32,000 nt of DNA from Nitrospirota bacterium (GTDB taxonomy: Bacteria > Nitrospirota > Nitrospiria > Nitrospirales > UBA8639): the NCBI GenBank assembly GCA_003695915.1, contig RFGF01000065.1, positions 35,759 through 67,758 of the forward strand, given 5' to 3'. Within the stretch, counting starts at the first letter, position 1. Every line of letters begins with the position of its first letter. A program made the translations under genes and the position numbers. Positions 19,433-27,625 of this stretch are shown here, one piece after another. Under the pieces are notes generated by a model. The model saw only the letters and a program-made list of their open reading frames with translations. It was not told the DNA's origin and ran no database searches.

Positions 19433-19472
19433 GACCGAGAGTATTCGACTTTACGAAAGGAAGAGGATCCCG

Positions 19473-20486
19473 ATGCTCACACACAAATCTCGCTATCATG
19501 TCGCAGTCGTTGGAGCGACGGGAGCCGTGGGAACGGAGATGTTAGAGATCCTGGAAGAGCGAAAGTTTCCTGTGGAACGCCTGCTCCCCCTGGCCTCGGC
19601 TCGCTCTGCTGGGGGAGAGGTAACATTTCGAGGAGAAGACTTAACCGTCAAATTGCTCACCGAGGAATCGTTCAAGGGCATCGACATTGCGCTATTTTCG
19701 GCCGGAGCTTCGATCAGCCGCGAATTCGCGCCCAAAGCGGTCAAGGCCGGAGCCGTCGTGATCGACAACAGTTCAGCCTGGCGGATGGATCCCACCGTGC
19801 CATTGATCGTGCCCGAGGTCAATCTGCAGGACCTCGCCACCCATCAAGGCATCATTGCCAATCCAAATTGTTCGACCATTCAAATGGTCGTGGCCTTGAA
19901 GCCGCTACACGACGTCGCACGCATTCGACGCATCGTCATCACGACGTTTCAATCTGTTTCAGGAACGGGCAAGGAAGCCATGGACGAACTGGCCGAGCAG
20001 TGCCGACAGTTGCTCAGCTTCGGCACCGTCGAAACGAAAGTCTATCCGCATCGGATCGCCTTCAACTGTCTCCCTCATATCGACGAGTTTCTTCCGTCCG
20101 GGTACACAAAAGAAGAAATGAAACTGGTCAACGAAACGAGGAAAATCATGGGTGACTCATCGATTCGGATCACCGCGACCACCGTTCGCGTGCCGGTCTT
20201 CATCAGCCATGCCGAATCCGTCAATATCGAAACCGAACGGAAACTCAGTGCGAACGAGGCTCGGGCCATTCTCTCGACGGCTCCGGGTGTGCAGGTGTTC
20301 GACGATCCTGCGCGTAATATCTATCCATTGCAAACCGATGTCGCTGGGACCGATGCCGTGTATGTCGGACGTGTTCGCGAAGACGAATCGATCCCTAGCG
20401 GTTTGAATCTTTGGATTGTGGCCGATAATATCCGGAAAGGCGCAGCGCTCAACGCTGTTCAAATTGCCGAAGCATTGATTCGCTGA
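19473..20486 (+). CDS. asd: Aspartate-semialdehyde dehydrogenase
   Basis: 337 aa. It has the VAVVGATGAVG Rossmann motif and the active-site Cys context NPNCSTIQM. Confidence 0.93.
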   Translation: MLTHKSRYHVAVVGATGAVGTEMLEILEERKFPVERLLPLASARSAGGEVTFRGEDLTVKLLTEESFKGIDIALFSAGASISREFAPKAVKAGAVVIDNSSAWRMDPTVPLIVPEVNLQDLATHQGIIANPNCSTIQMVVALKPLHDVARIRRIVITTFQSVSGTGKEAMDELAEQCRQLLSFGTVETKVYPHRIAFNCLPHIDEFLPSGYTKEEMKLVNETRKIMGDSSIRITATTVRVPVFISHAESVNIETERKLSANEARAILSTAPGVQVFDDPARNIYPLQTDVAGTDAVYVGRVREDESIPSGLNLWIVADNIRKGAALNAVQIAEALIR

Positions 20487-20493
20487 TCGACGA

Positions 20494-20736
20494 ATGGACT
20501 TGAGCGATCTCGGCAAAATGATCCTGATCATGGGCGTAGCCTTGGTGGTCCTGGGTGGACTGTTGATGCTCGCCAACAAATGGCCAGGGTCGGACAGTGG
20601 ATGGGGCTGGCTGGGTCGACTGCCCGGCGATATTTACATCAAACGCGACAACTTCACCTTTTATTTCCCGATCACCACCAGTATTCTGTTAAGCGTCGTC
20701 GGCAGTTTAATTTTGTATTTCTTGTTCAGACGTTAA
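20494..20736 (+). CDS. DUF2905-family small membrane protein
   Basis: 80 aa with two hydrophobic helices flanking the signature LGRLPGDIYIKRDNFTFYFPITTSILLS. Confidence 0.7.
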   Translation: MDLSDLGKMILIMGVALVVLGGLLMLANKWPGSDSGWGWLGRLPGDIYIKRDNFTFYFPITTSILLSVVGSLILYFLFRR

Positions 20737-20741
20737 ATCTG

Positions 20742-21917
20742 ATGGCAATCCGATCCGCATGGTTTTTCGGCGTCTGGCTTTGCTGTTCCTTGATCATGGT
20801 CCCGGTCAGTCAGGCAGAGCCGGTTATCAGAGTGGCGTTGTCTCAAGACGCTGTGCAGCTGCGCATCATTGCCGATCGATTCCTGCGGGTTCGATGGTCA
20901 TCGGGAAGACACAGTACGCTCGATTCTTCTGTCATGATCCGCTGGTCTTCCGAAGGAATCGCGATCAACGAGCGTATCTATCGCGAAGCCTGGGGACAGT
21001 TTCCAAGCCGCGACTCCGGCTTGACGGTCGAGTTGGTCGACACTCGTCGTGACCACCGGCTCCGCTCATGGGAAGTCAGTGGAAGCGTGGTTATCCATCA
21101 CCGAGAAAGAGCCCTGTTAGTCGTCAACCATGTGCCGCTCGAGCAGTACGTGGCTGGAGTCGTCGCAGGGGAAATCGACCCAACGTGGCATTCGGAGGCC
21201 CTGAAGGCCCAAGCGATTGCTGCACGGACGTATGTGCTCTACAAAGCCATACAAGAAAGCGAACACGCGTTCGATGTGGTGGCCAGCGTGCAAGATCAGG
21301 TCTATCACGGGCGCCGCTCCATCAATGGCAACGTGACACGGGCCGTCGCCGCGACGAAAGGGATCGTCATTACTTATGAACAGCGGCCCATTTATGCAGC
21401 CTATTCCTCGACAGCAGCAGGTCTGACAGAAGATGCGTATTATGTCTGGGAACTGGATCTCCCATATTTGAAAGGGGTGGATTGTCCTTTTGACGAAGCT
21501 TCCCCCCGGTATCGATGGGAAACCGCCGTGCCCATCGAAACGTTGGAACATCGGCTTCGGCAAGCCGGCTATCGCATCGGCATCGTGGCGACCGTGACTC
21601 CCTTTTCCTTTACCCCTTCGGGACGTGTCGATCGTGTTCGTATTCTCCATTCTGAAGGCGAATTGATCGTCAGCGGGCAAGATCTCCGCCGAGCTGTCGG
21701 CTATTCGACCATTTTCAGCACCCAATTTACCGTCACACGGCTTGACCGAGCCCTCGTTTTGCATGGGAAAGGAGCCGGACATGGAGTCGGGTTATGTCAA
21801 TGGGGCATGAAGGAAATGGCGGAACTGGGATATCGACACCAGGCCATTCTGCGCTATTACTATCCTGGCACGCAGTTGCTCCCCTTGCATCGAGTCCGTC
21901 TCGCGCTCTCCGATTGA
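20742..21917 (+). CDS. SpoIID/LytB-domain protein (secreted peptidoglycan-remodelling factor)
   Basis: The start is placed at ATG 20742, giving the signal peptide MAIRSAWFFGVWLCCSLIMVPVSQAEP. SpoIID-like motifs are LEQYVAGVVAGEI, EALKAQAIAARTY and GHGVGLCQWG. The upstream extension of the track ORF overlaps the DUF2905 gene. Confidence 0.8.
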   Translation: MAIRSAWFFGVWLCCSLIMVPVSQAEPVIRVALSQDAVQLRIIADRFLRVRWSSGRHSTLDSSVMIRWSSEGIAINERIYREAWGQFPSRDSGLTVELVDTRRDHRLRSWEVSGSVVIHHRERALLVVNHVPLEQYVAGVVAGEIDPTWHSEALKAQAIAARTYVLYKAIQESEHAFDVVASVQDQVYHGRRSINGNVTRAVAATKGIVITYEQRPIYAAYSSTAAGLTEDAYYVWELDLPYLKGVDCPFDEASPRYRWETAVPIETLEHRLRQAGYRIGIVATVTPFSFTPSGRVDRVRILHSEGELIVSGQDLRRAVGYSTIFSTQFTVTRLDRALVLHGKGAGHGVGLCQWGMKEMAELGYRHQAILRYYYPGTQLLPLHRVRLALSD

Positions 21918-21974
21918 ACAGTCATTGCCGCTCGATTCGCAGCCAGACGTCCAGCTTTTCCACAATCTCATTTC

Positions 21975-22994
21975 ATGTACTTGAACGAGTTTCAATTTCC
22001 GTTCGATGCCAGCCTGATCGCCGACCGCCCGGTCAAACCGCGCGACCACGCCCGTCTGCTGATCGTTCCGCGGGAGCAAGGACCGTATAAGGACCGACAG
22101 GTCTTTGATCTTCCAGAATTGCTCCATCCTGGCGACCTCGTCGTGGTGAACGATACCAAAGTCATCCCAGCCCGAGTGATCGGCTACAAAAATCCCGGAG
22201 GCGGTAAAATAGAGGTCCTATTCGTCAGAGCGATTCAGCCTGGAACATGGGAAGTGCTGCTCAAAGGCAAAGTTCGCACCGGTCAACTTCTTCAATTTTC
22301 CACAGATGTTCAGGCCATGGTTGCAGAACGCAGTTCGACCAGAACGATCATCCATTTTCCCGACGAACGGTCTTGTCAACGATTGCTCAAGGAACGAGGG
22401 CAAATGCCCCTTCCTCCCTATATTAAACGCGAGCCAACCGAAGAGGACCGATCAGACTATCAGACCGTCTTTGCCAAAGTAGAAGGGGCTGTTGCCGCTC
22501 CTACGGCCGGCCTTCATTTCACCGAACGCTTGCTGAATGCCTTGCAGGCGCGAGGCATCACTCTTGCTTCTATTACGCTCCATGTTGGTCCTGGAACCTT
22601 TCGTCCCGTCACGTCTCCGATGATCGACGAGCATCGAATGGAGCCGGAATGGTATTGCATCCCGGAACACACCGCTCACACCATTTCTCTTGTCCGCCAG
22701 CACGGAGGACGAGTGGTGGCGATCGGTACCACAGTCACTCGGGCATTAGAAGCGGCCGCCGATGGTTCAGGCATCGTCAGAGCTGGTGCAGGAGAAACCA
22801 ACCTGTTCATTAGACCCGGCTTTCACTTTCAAGTCGTCGATGGGATTCTCACCAATTTTCACTTGCCCGGCACGACGCTGATCATGCTCGTAGCTGCGTT
22901 TGCCGGCTTGGAACGCGCTCGGGCCGCCTACGAACATGCGGTGCGGACACGCTATCGCTTCTACAGCTATGGCGATGCGATGCTCATCATTTGA
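21975..22994 (+). CDS. queA: S-adenosylmethionine:tRNA ribosyltransferase-isomerase
   Basis: 339 aa. Motifs are MPLPPYI, AAPTAGLHFT, AIGTTVTRALE and NFHLPGTTLIML. Confidence 0.92.
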   Translation: MYLNEFQFPFDASLIADRPVKPRDHARLLIVPREQGPYKDRQVFDLPELLHPGDLVVVNDTKVIPARVIGYKNPGGGKIEVLFVRAIQPGTWEVLLKGKVRTGQLLQFSTDVQAMVAERSSTRTIIHFPDERSCQRLLKERGQMPLPPYIKREPTEEDRSDYQTVFAKVEGAVAAPTAGLHFTERLLNALQARGITLASITLHVGPGTFRPVTSPMIDEHRMEPEWYCIPEHTAHTISLVRQHGGRVVAIGTTVTRALEAAADGSGIVRAGAGETNLFIRPGFHFQVVDGILTNFHLPGTTLIMLVAAFAGLERARAAYEHAVRTRYRFYSYGDAMLII

Positions 22995-23161
22995 CGGAGG
23001 ACAAGAGAATGTTTCGAGTCGAAGCCCGCTGAGATGGGGCCAGCGATACAGGGACTGCGCTATCGTTCCGGCAGGATAACGATTCCAACGGCAACCGAAG
23101 AATGGCCTTCGCGCGGAGGAGATGGAGGACGTACGCGAGACCGATGAACGCTGTATCGCGC

Positions 23162-23869
23162 TCAGAGCAATTCTTCGTGTGTTTCGACTTCTAGGCTGGC
23201 TAGCAACGCCGATTGAAACGCTTGAAGGGCCCGTTGCTTTTTTTGCATGAGGAATTGCATGCGAACTTGTTCCATCAAGACAGGATCGGGGTCTTTTCCT
23301 TCGCCGGCGCGTCGTGTGGCCAAGGCTTTAACCTCCTTCTCTTCTTCTGGCGTCAACGTGGTCGCCTCCATAACCAGCAATCGAGCTTTTTCAGCGAGCA
23401 ACTGCAAGCGCTGTTGGTGTTCATACATTCGAGGCGTCAATCGATTAGCGGCCAACAATCGCTGATAATAGTGCGGATCGAATTTCCCATCTTTTTGAAA
23501 TTCGGGTTGAGACGTAATGACCTCATGCAGTTCCTCCGCTGATACATCGACACCGAGGCGATCCGCAGCAAGATTCCAAATTTTGGATTCGAGCAGGCTT
23601 TGTAACACTAATTTCTTGATGGTTTCCTCATCCACATCCTCTTGCTTCAATTGATCTCGATAAAAGCGATACGCTCGTTGGTAGGCACGTCGGTACTCAT
23701 CGAGCGTAATCTTATATGGACCGACGGTGGCGACGACATTGGGTTGCGATGCTTCAAAGCCCCACCACCCCATCCCGATGATAAACGTCACGGCGATAAT
23801 GAGCATGACGGTTTTGAGAACCCATGGATATTTTTGCGACCCTTCGCGAATAATTTTAATCATACACAA
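23162..23869 (-). CDS. Membrane-anchored SurA-N-terminal-domain protein (PpiD-like chaperone lacking a parvulin domain)
   Basis: 235 aa. An N-terminal anchor VLKTVMLIIAVTFIIGMGWWGF is followed by a PpiD/SurA_N-like helical region (VATVGPYKITLDEYRRAYQRAYRFYRDQL...). The likely start is MIKII at 23863. Confidence 0.65.
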   Translation of the reverse strand: MCMIKIIREGSQKYPWVLKTVMLIIAVTFIIGMGWWGFEASQPNVVATVGPYKITLDEYRRAYQRAYRFYRDQLKQEDVDEETIKKLVLQSLLESKIWNLAADRLGVDVSAEELHEVITSQPEFQKDGKFDPHYYQRLLAANRLTPRMYEHQQRLQLLAEKARLLVMEATTLTPEEEKEVKALATRRAGEGKDPDPVLMEQVRMQFLMQKKQRALQAFQSALLASLEVETHEELL

Positions 23870-24135
23870 ACCTTTTCCACTTACTTTTTCAGGCTGTTTA
23901 TCCTACTGAACCGCATTCTAAGAGCGAGATTCCAGAAAGGCAAGCGCACGATGCGCTGGGCTTTACAGCAGAACAGTCTCATGGTAATGAAGAACAACGC
24001 ATGGTTAGTCTCACGCCTTCCTTCAGCATACCTTCGAGGATACATGATGAACTGTAAACATTATTGCCTCATGTGCTCCGCTCCCACGACACTGTCTTGT
24101 TCGGAAGAGACTCTCACCTCGCCAAGACCTCGCCC

Positions 24136-25587
24136 ATGACCGACATTCGAGTGCGTTTTGCTCCCAGTCCTACAGGCTATCTGCACATCGGCGGTCTGCG
24201 CACCGCCCTCTTCAACTGGCTGTTCGCTCGTGGCCGGCATGGCACATTCATTCTACGAATCGAAGACACCGATCGCGATCGCTCGACTGAAGAGGCTATT
24301 CAGGCTATTCTCGAAGGGCTGACGTGGGCCGGTCTGGATTGGGACGAAGGCCCCTATCGACAAACCGAGCGGCTCGCCTTGTACCGACAGGCCGCCATGG
24401 ATCTGCTCCATTCCGGACATGCCTACTGGTGCATTTGTTCACCGGAAGACCTAGAAGCCAGGCGGAAAGAAGCTCAAGCCAAAGGCGAACCCGTCAAATA
24501 CGACGGACGATGTCGGAATCGAGGCATCCTCTCGCCCGATCAACCAGCGGCGCTCCGTTTCAAATCGCCACAGGAAGGGCAAATCATCTTCGATGATCTC
24601 ATCAAAGGCACCATAGCCTTTGATAGCGCGGTGTTGGACGACCTGATTATCCTCCGATCGAACGGCTATCCCACTTACAATTTTTCGGTTGTCGTAGATG
24701 ATGCACTCATGAGAATCAGCCATGTGATTCGTGGCGATGATCACGTCAACAATACGCCGCGGCAAATTCCCATTTTCCAAGCCCTTGGCTATCCCATCCC
24801 CCAATTCGCCCATCTTCCTATGATTCTTGGGGCCGACAAGACCCGGCTTTCCAAACGACACGGTGCCACCTCCGTTCTCGCTTACCGAGATATGGGCTAT
24901 ATGCCCGAAGCCTTGGTCAACTATCTCGTCCGCCTCGGATGGTCGCATGGCGATCAAGAAATTTTCTCTAGACAAGAAATGATCGAGTTGTTCGACTTCA
25001 AGCATGTCCAGAAAGCCCCGGCCGTCTTTAATCCCGACAAACTCCGGTGGATGAACGCTCACTATCTGCGCACCTCGGATCCCAAGCGTGTCGCGGCGTT
25101 GCTCGAACCTTTACTCCGAAAAGCCGGCTACGACGACCACGATTTTGCACGTATCCCCGGGGGGATCGAAGCCTTGATTCCTCCGTTGCGCGAGCGTTCG
25201 GAAACGCTGTTGGATTTCGTATCCGGCGCAGAACCCTATTTGCGCGAGACCATCACCCTCGACGAAACAGCCGCGCGGAAATATTTGACTCCGGCCATCG
25301 TTCCCAGTCTCAAAAAATTCGCAGAGCGATTGGAAGCCGCTCCGGCGTTCACGAAGGAAGAGCTTGAACGAATCGTCCACAGCGTTTTGGAAGAAGATGG
25401 GCTCAAACTGAGCAAACTCGCTCAACCGCTCCGCGTCGCCTTGACCGGTCGGACCGTCAGTCCCGGAATCTACGAAGTGATGCAGCTATTAGGAAAACGA
25501 CGAACGATCGAACGCATTCGAAGAGGTATCGCGTTCGCTCAAACGGTTGCTTCGCCTGGTCAGCGCACCGAGACGTCGGACGGGTAA
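24136..25587 (+). CDS. gltX: Glutamate--tRNA ligase
   Basis: The start is at ATG 24136 (MTDIRVRFAPSPTGYLHIGGLRTALFN, HIGH-type motif). It has a KMSKS-equivalent RLSKRHG and a Cys cluster CICSPEDL...DGRC. The protein is 483 aa. Confidence 0.92.
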   Translation: MTDIRVRFAPSPTGYLHIGGLRTALFNWLFARGRHGTFILRIEDTDRDRSTEEAIQAILEGLTWAGLDWDEGPYRQTERLALYRQAAMDLLHSGHAYWCICSPEDLEARRKEAQAKGEPVKYDGRCRNRGILSPDQPAALRFKSPQEGQIIFDDLIKGTIAFDSAVLDDLIILRSNGYPTYNFSVVVDDALMRISHVIRGDDHVNNTPRQIPIFQALGYPIPQFAHLPMILGADKTRLSKRHGATSVLAYRDMGYMPEALVNYLVRLGWSHGDQEIFSRQEMIELFDFKHVQKAPAVFNPDKLRWMNAHYLRTSDPKRVAALLEPLLRKAGYDDHDFARIPGGIEALIPPLRERSETLLDFVSGAEPYLRETITLDETAARKYLTPAIVPSLKKFAERLEAAPAFTKEELERIVHSVLEEDGLKLSKLAQPLRVALTGRTVSPGIYEVMQLLGKRRTIERIRRGIAFAQTVASPGQRTETSDG

Positions 25588-25626
25588 GCGCCAAAGAAGG
25601 CCATACACGTTCGGAGAATCAGCGAG

Positions 25627-25647
25627 AGACGGGAAGCGCCGTCTTTT
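25627..25647 (+). terminator. Weak rho-independent terminator after gltX
   Basis: AGACGG-gaagcg-CCGTCT forms a 6-bp stem running into TTTT(CGC). It lies 40 nt after the gltX stop. Confidence 0.4.
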
Positions 25648-25677
25648 CGCTCCGATGAGCAGCCTCCGCTCTTTTGC

Positions 25678-25707
25678 TTGACTCGTTCTCGGATACTCGA
25701 CTAAGCT
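25678..25707 (+). promoter_or_regulatory. Candidate promoter for tRNA-Gln: TTGACT-N18-TAAGCT
   Basis: TTGACT is at 25678-25683 and TAAGCT is at 25702-25707. The mature tRNA 5' end is 9 nt downstream of the -10 element. Confidence 0.4.
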
Positions 25708-25716
25708 GGTTGCGGT

Positions 25717-25790
25717 TGGGGGATCGTCTAGCGGTAGGACGTCAGACTCTGGATCTGACTGCCCAGGTTCGATTCCTGGTCCCCCAGCCA
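25717..25790 (+). tRNA. tRNA-Gln (anticodon CUG), CCA encoded
   Basis: Manual cloverleaf fold. The acceptor stem is TGGGGGA/TCCCCCA. The D arm is GTCT-AGCGGTA-GGAC. The anticodon arm is TCAGA-CTCTGGA-TCTGA (CTG). The T arm is CCAGG-TTCGATT-CCTGG. The discriminator is G followed by CCA. Length is 74 nt. Confidence 0.9.
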
Positions 25791-25811
25791 ATTATCAACT
25801 TCTCCTCACCT

Positions 25812-26027
25812 TCAATCCACAAATCGCTTATCCTCATCTCCCCCTGACCACCGGCTGAGGCCGATTTCTTCAGCTTCCCATAAGTCGGCCTGCTCTTTGG
25901 CGGCAAGATCAGCCTCTTTTTGCTGGTCTTCGGAAGAGGCGAGCGGAGCTGTTTTTTGTTCCGGCGACCCACTGGGTGGTGGACCTTTCCCCCTCGGCGT
26001 CGATTTCCGTAGCACATTGACAGGCAT
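25812..26027 (-). CDS. Small (71 aa) low-complexity protein with a basic N-terminus and acidic C-terminus, uncharacterised
   Basis: A strong Shine-Dalgarno sequence AAGGAGGG lies 5 nt upstream of ATG 26027. The gene has its own promoter-like element and follows the terminator of the upstream gene. Sequence: MPVNVLRKSTPRGKGPPPSGSPEQKTAPLASSEDQQKEADLAAKEQADLWEAEEIGLSRWSGGDEDKRFVD. Confidence 0.5.
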   Translation of the reverse strand: MPVNVLRKSTPRGKGPPPSGSPEQKTAPLASSEDQQKEADLAAKEQADLWEAEEIGLSRWSGGDEDKRFVD

Positions 26028-26069
26028 ATCATCCCTCCTTGCGATGTTCTTCCACCAGCACGCAAAAGG

Positions 26070-26097
26070 CTTATCGTTTTCCGCTGAGCACTGTCAA
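26070..26097 (-). promoter_or_regulatory. Candidate promoter TTGACA-N16-GATAAG (minus strand) for the 71-aa ORF
   Basis: A perfect -35 TTGACA corresponds to plus-strand tgtcaa at 26092-26097. The -10-like GATAAG corresponds to plus-strand cttatc at 26070-26075. Confidence 0.4.
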
Positions 26098-26103
26098 GAT
26101 TCC

Positions 26104-26127
26104 AAAAAACCGATCGCATCTCGATCG
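26104..26127 (-). terminator. Rho-independent terminator after the lipoprotein gene
   Basis: The minus strand reads CGATCG-AGATG-CGATCG followed by GTTTTTTGG. It lies about 86 nt downstream of the stop at 26213. Confidence 0.55.
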
Positions 26128-26212
26128 AACCATAAGCTCCATGGAACGAAAGAGAGACGGGAAGGAAGCCGTTGTCAATCAGCTCCTACAGATCACCTCT
26201 CAACAACTATGA

Positions 26213-26599
26213 TCAGGTGTCAGAGCCTGGTGACTCAGGAACAGTGAGAATTTCGGCATCCGGGTGGCCTTCGCCGGCTGGTACCCACACAAACCCTTTC
26301 CGTCTCATGCACTGTTCGATTTCGGCCATGGTCAGATCCGGTGGAGGGCTTTCTTTTCGCGAGGGATCGACAAAAGGCTGCAGAATCATCGTCCGGCAAT
26401 CGCGCAATGCTTTCTCTGCCTCTTCCTGCGTCACGCCAGGCTTTACCCACTGTCCACTTGCCATACAAGCCGACAATCCAACGAACCAGCACACGATATG
26501 CTGGAACTTTCCATTTCGTGCGAAAAGAAACATCTCACGGAATGATCCACGACCAGCAGTCGACTTCGGTCTGAGAACGCCCTCCCTTCCGTGGATCAT
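26213..26599 (-). CDS. Small putative lipoprotein
   Basis: It has a hydrophobic segment with the lipobox FVGLSAC. The mature part has the pattern WVKPGVTQEEAEKALRDC...CMRRKGFVWVP, recurrent in small bacterial lipoproteins. The start is ambiguous: ATG 26599, or more likely ATG 26533 (MFLFARNGKF...). Confidence 0.6.
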   Translation of the reverse strand: MIHGREGVLRPKSTAGRGSFREMFLFARNGKFQHIVCWFVGLSACMASGQWVKPGVTQEEAEKALRDCRTMILQPFVDPSRKESPPPDLTMAEIEQCMRRKGFVWVPAGEGHPDAEILTVPESPGSDT

Positions 26600-26859
26600 T
26601 TCATAAGTTTAGCACCTTCGAGAGACCGACTAAACAGACCGATCGCTTAGACGATCCGCATCGCTCATTCTGTCTTTCTCTTTTTTGCAGATTGGGTAGC
26701 AACAAAGACGGAAGGCTTTCTCCTCCAGTCGCATGTCCGAAGGGAACACGCAAAGTTTTCTATCTCGTTGCATGACAAGCATTTTATAAGCGGAGGATCG
26801 GCGGTATCGGCTTTGCAAGACAACCACCAAGAGGATCATGCCCTTCCACGGCATCGCAG

Positions 26860-27297
26860 ATGCTGTTCAAGCGCTCGCTCATCTCGAAAGAAACAAGCAC
26901 GCTCGAGGACATCGTCCAGACGTTTCTCGGACAAGACGTCTACATAAAAGGACAAGCCCGATTTATCGGCTCCGTGCGGATCGATGGCCGATTCGAAGGA
27001 GACATTGTCGCGGAAGGAACATTGATTGTTGGCCCTCATGCATCTATCAAGGGTACCGTTCGTACAAAAGTCCTCATTGGCGGAGGGAGAATCGAGGGAA
27101 CGGTTATCACATCACACAACATTCAACTTCTCAAGTCGGCAGTGCTCCTTGGAGAAGTCCAAACACCCAACATGTCCATTGAAGAAGGCGCCACTTTCCA
27201 CGGCTTTTGCAACATGGGAGCAATCGATACAACCCTGGAGAGCCTCGCCGAACCCGACCGGGAACCTCTCCTCTCGGCCCCAACGACAACCAAATAG
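26860..27297 (+). CDS. Bactofilin (polymer-forming cytoskeletal protein, DUF583)
   Basis: 145 aa. Beta-helical windings are visible: IKGQARFIGSVRIDGRFEGDIVAEGTLIVGPHASIKGTVRTKVLIGGGRIEGTVITSHNIQLLKSAVLLGEVQTPNMSIEEGATFHG. Confidence 0.85.
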   Translation: MLFKRSLISKETSTLEDIVQTFLGQDVYIKGQARFIGSVRIDGRFEGDIVAEGTLIVGPHASIKGTVRTKVLIGGGRIEGTVITSHNIQLLKSAVLLGEVQTPNMSIEEGATFHGFCNMGAIDTTLESLAEPDREPLLSAPTTTK

Positions 27298-27596
27298 ACC
27301 CGGCTCAGAGAAAAGAAGCTGATACGCCGGCCACCCTGAAGTGATGGCACGTTGCTCTTCGTGAAACGCTTGCCGCATACAGCAAATCGCATTCCCATCG
27401 TCCCCTGCACCTCGCTGACGCACCTCTCACGGGAGTGATCTTTCGTCGTCGCTCTTGTCAAAGACAAAGACGGTCAGGTTTTTGGGATCGAGGATTCGCA
27501 ATGTCCAATTTGTGATAGGCATGAAAAGGCATGTTCTCATCCGACAAGATCACGACGAGGCTCAGAACCCCCTGCGCCCTTTCAGATTTGAGATCG

Positions 27597-27625
27597 TTGC
27601 ATGTACTCATACCTGTATCTACCAT
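27597..27625 (+). promoter_or_regulatory. Candidate promoter TTGCAT-N17-TACCAT upstream of the GH15 gene
   Basis: The hexamers are at 27597-27602 and 27620-27625. This placement would give a 5' UTR of about 170 nt. By-eye call only. Confidence 0.25.

Noticed and set aside
23943-23957. Inverted repeat AGCGCA-cga-TGCGCT in the SurA-like/gltX divergent region
   Set aside because: It is a short GC-rich dyad that could arise by chance, with no second copy and no associated regulator in the window.
25742-26119. 125-aa minus-strand ORF overlapping the tRNA-Gln gene, and plus-strand ORF 25897..26247
   Set aside because: It overlaps the tRNA and, in a different frame, the better-supported 71-aa ORF, which has a strong Shine-Dalgarno sequence. 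No motifs were found.
26630-26854. 74-aa minus-strand ORF in the lipoprotein/bactofilin intergenic region
   Set aside because: It has no Shine-Dalgarno sequence and an odd Cys/Arg/Lys-rich composition. It would occupy the divergent promoter region.
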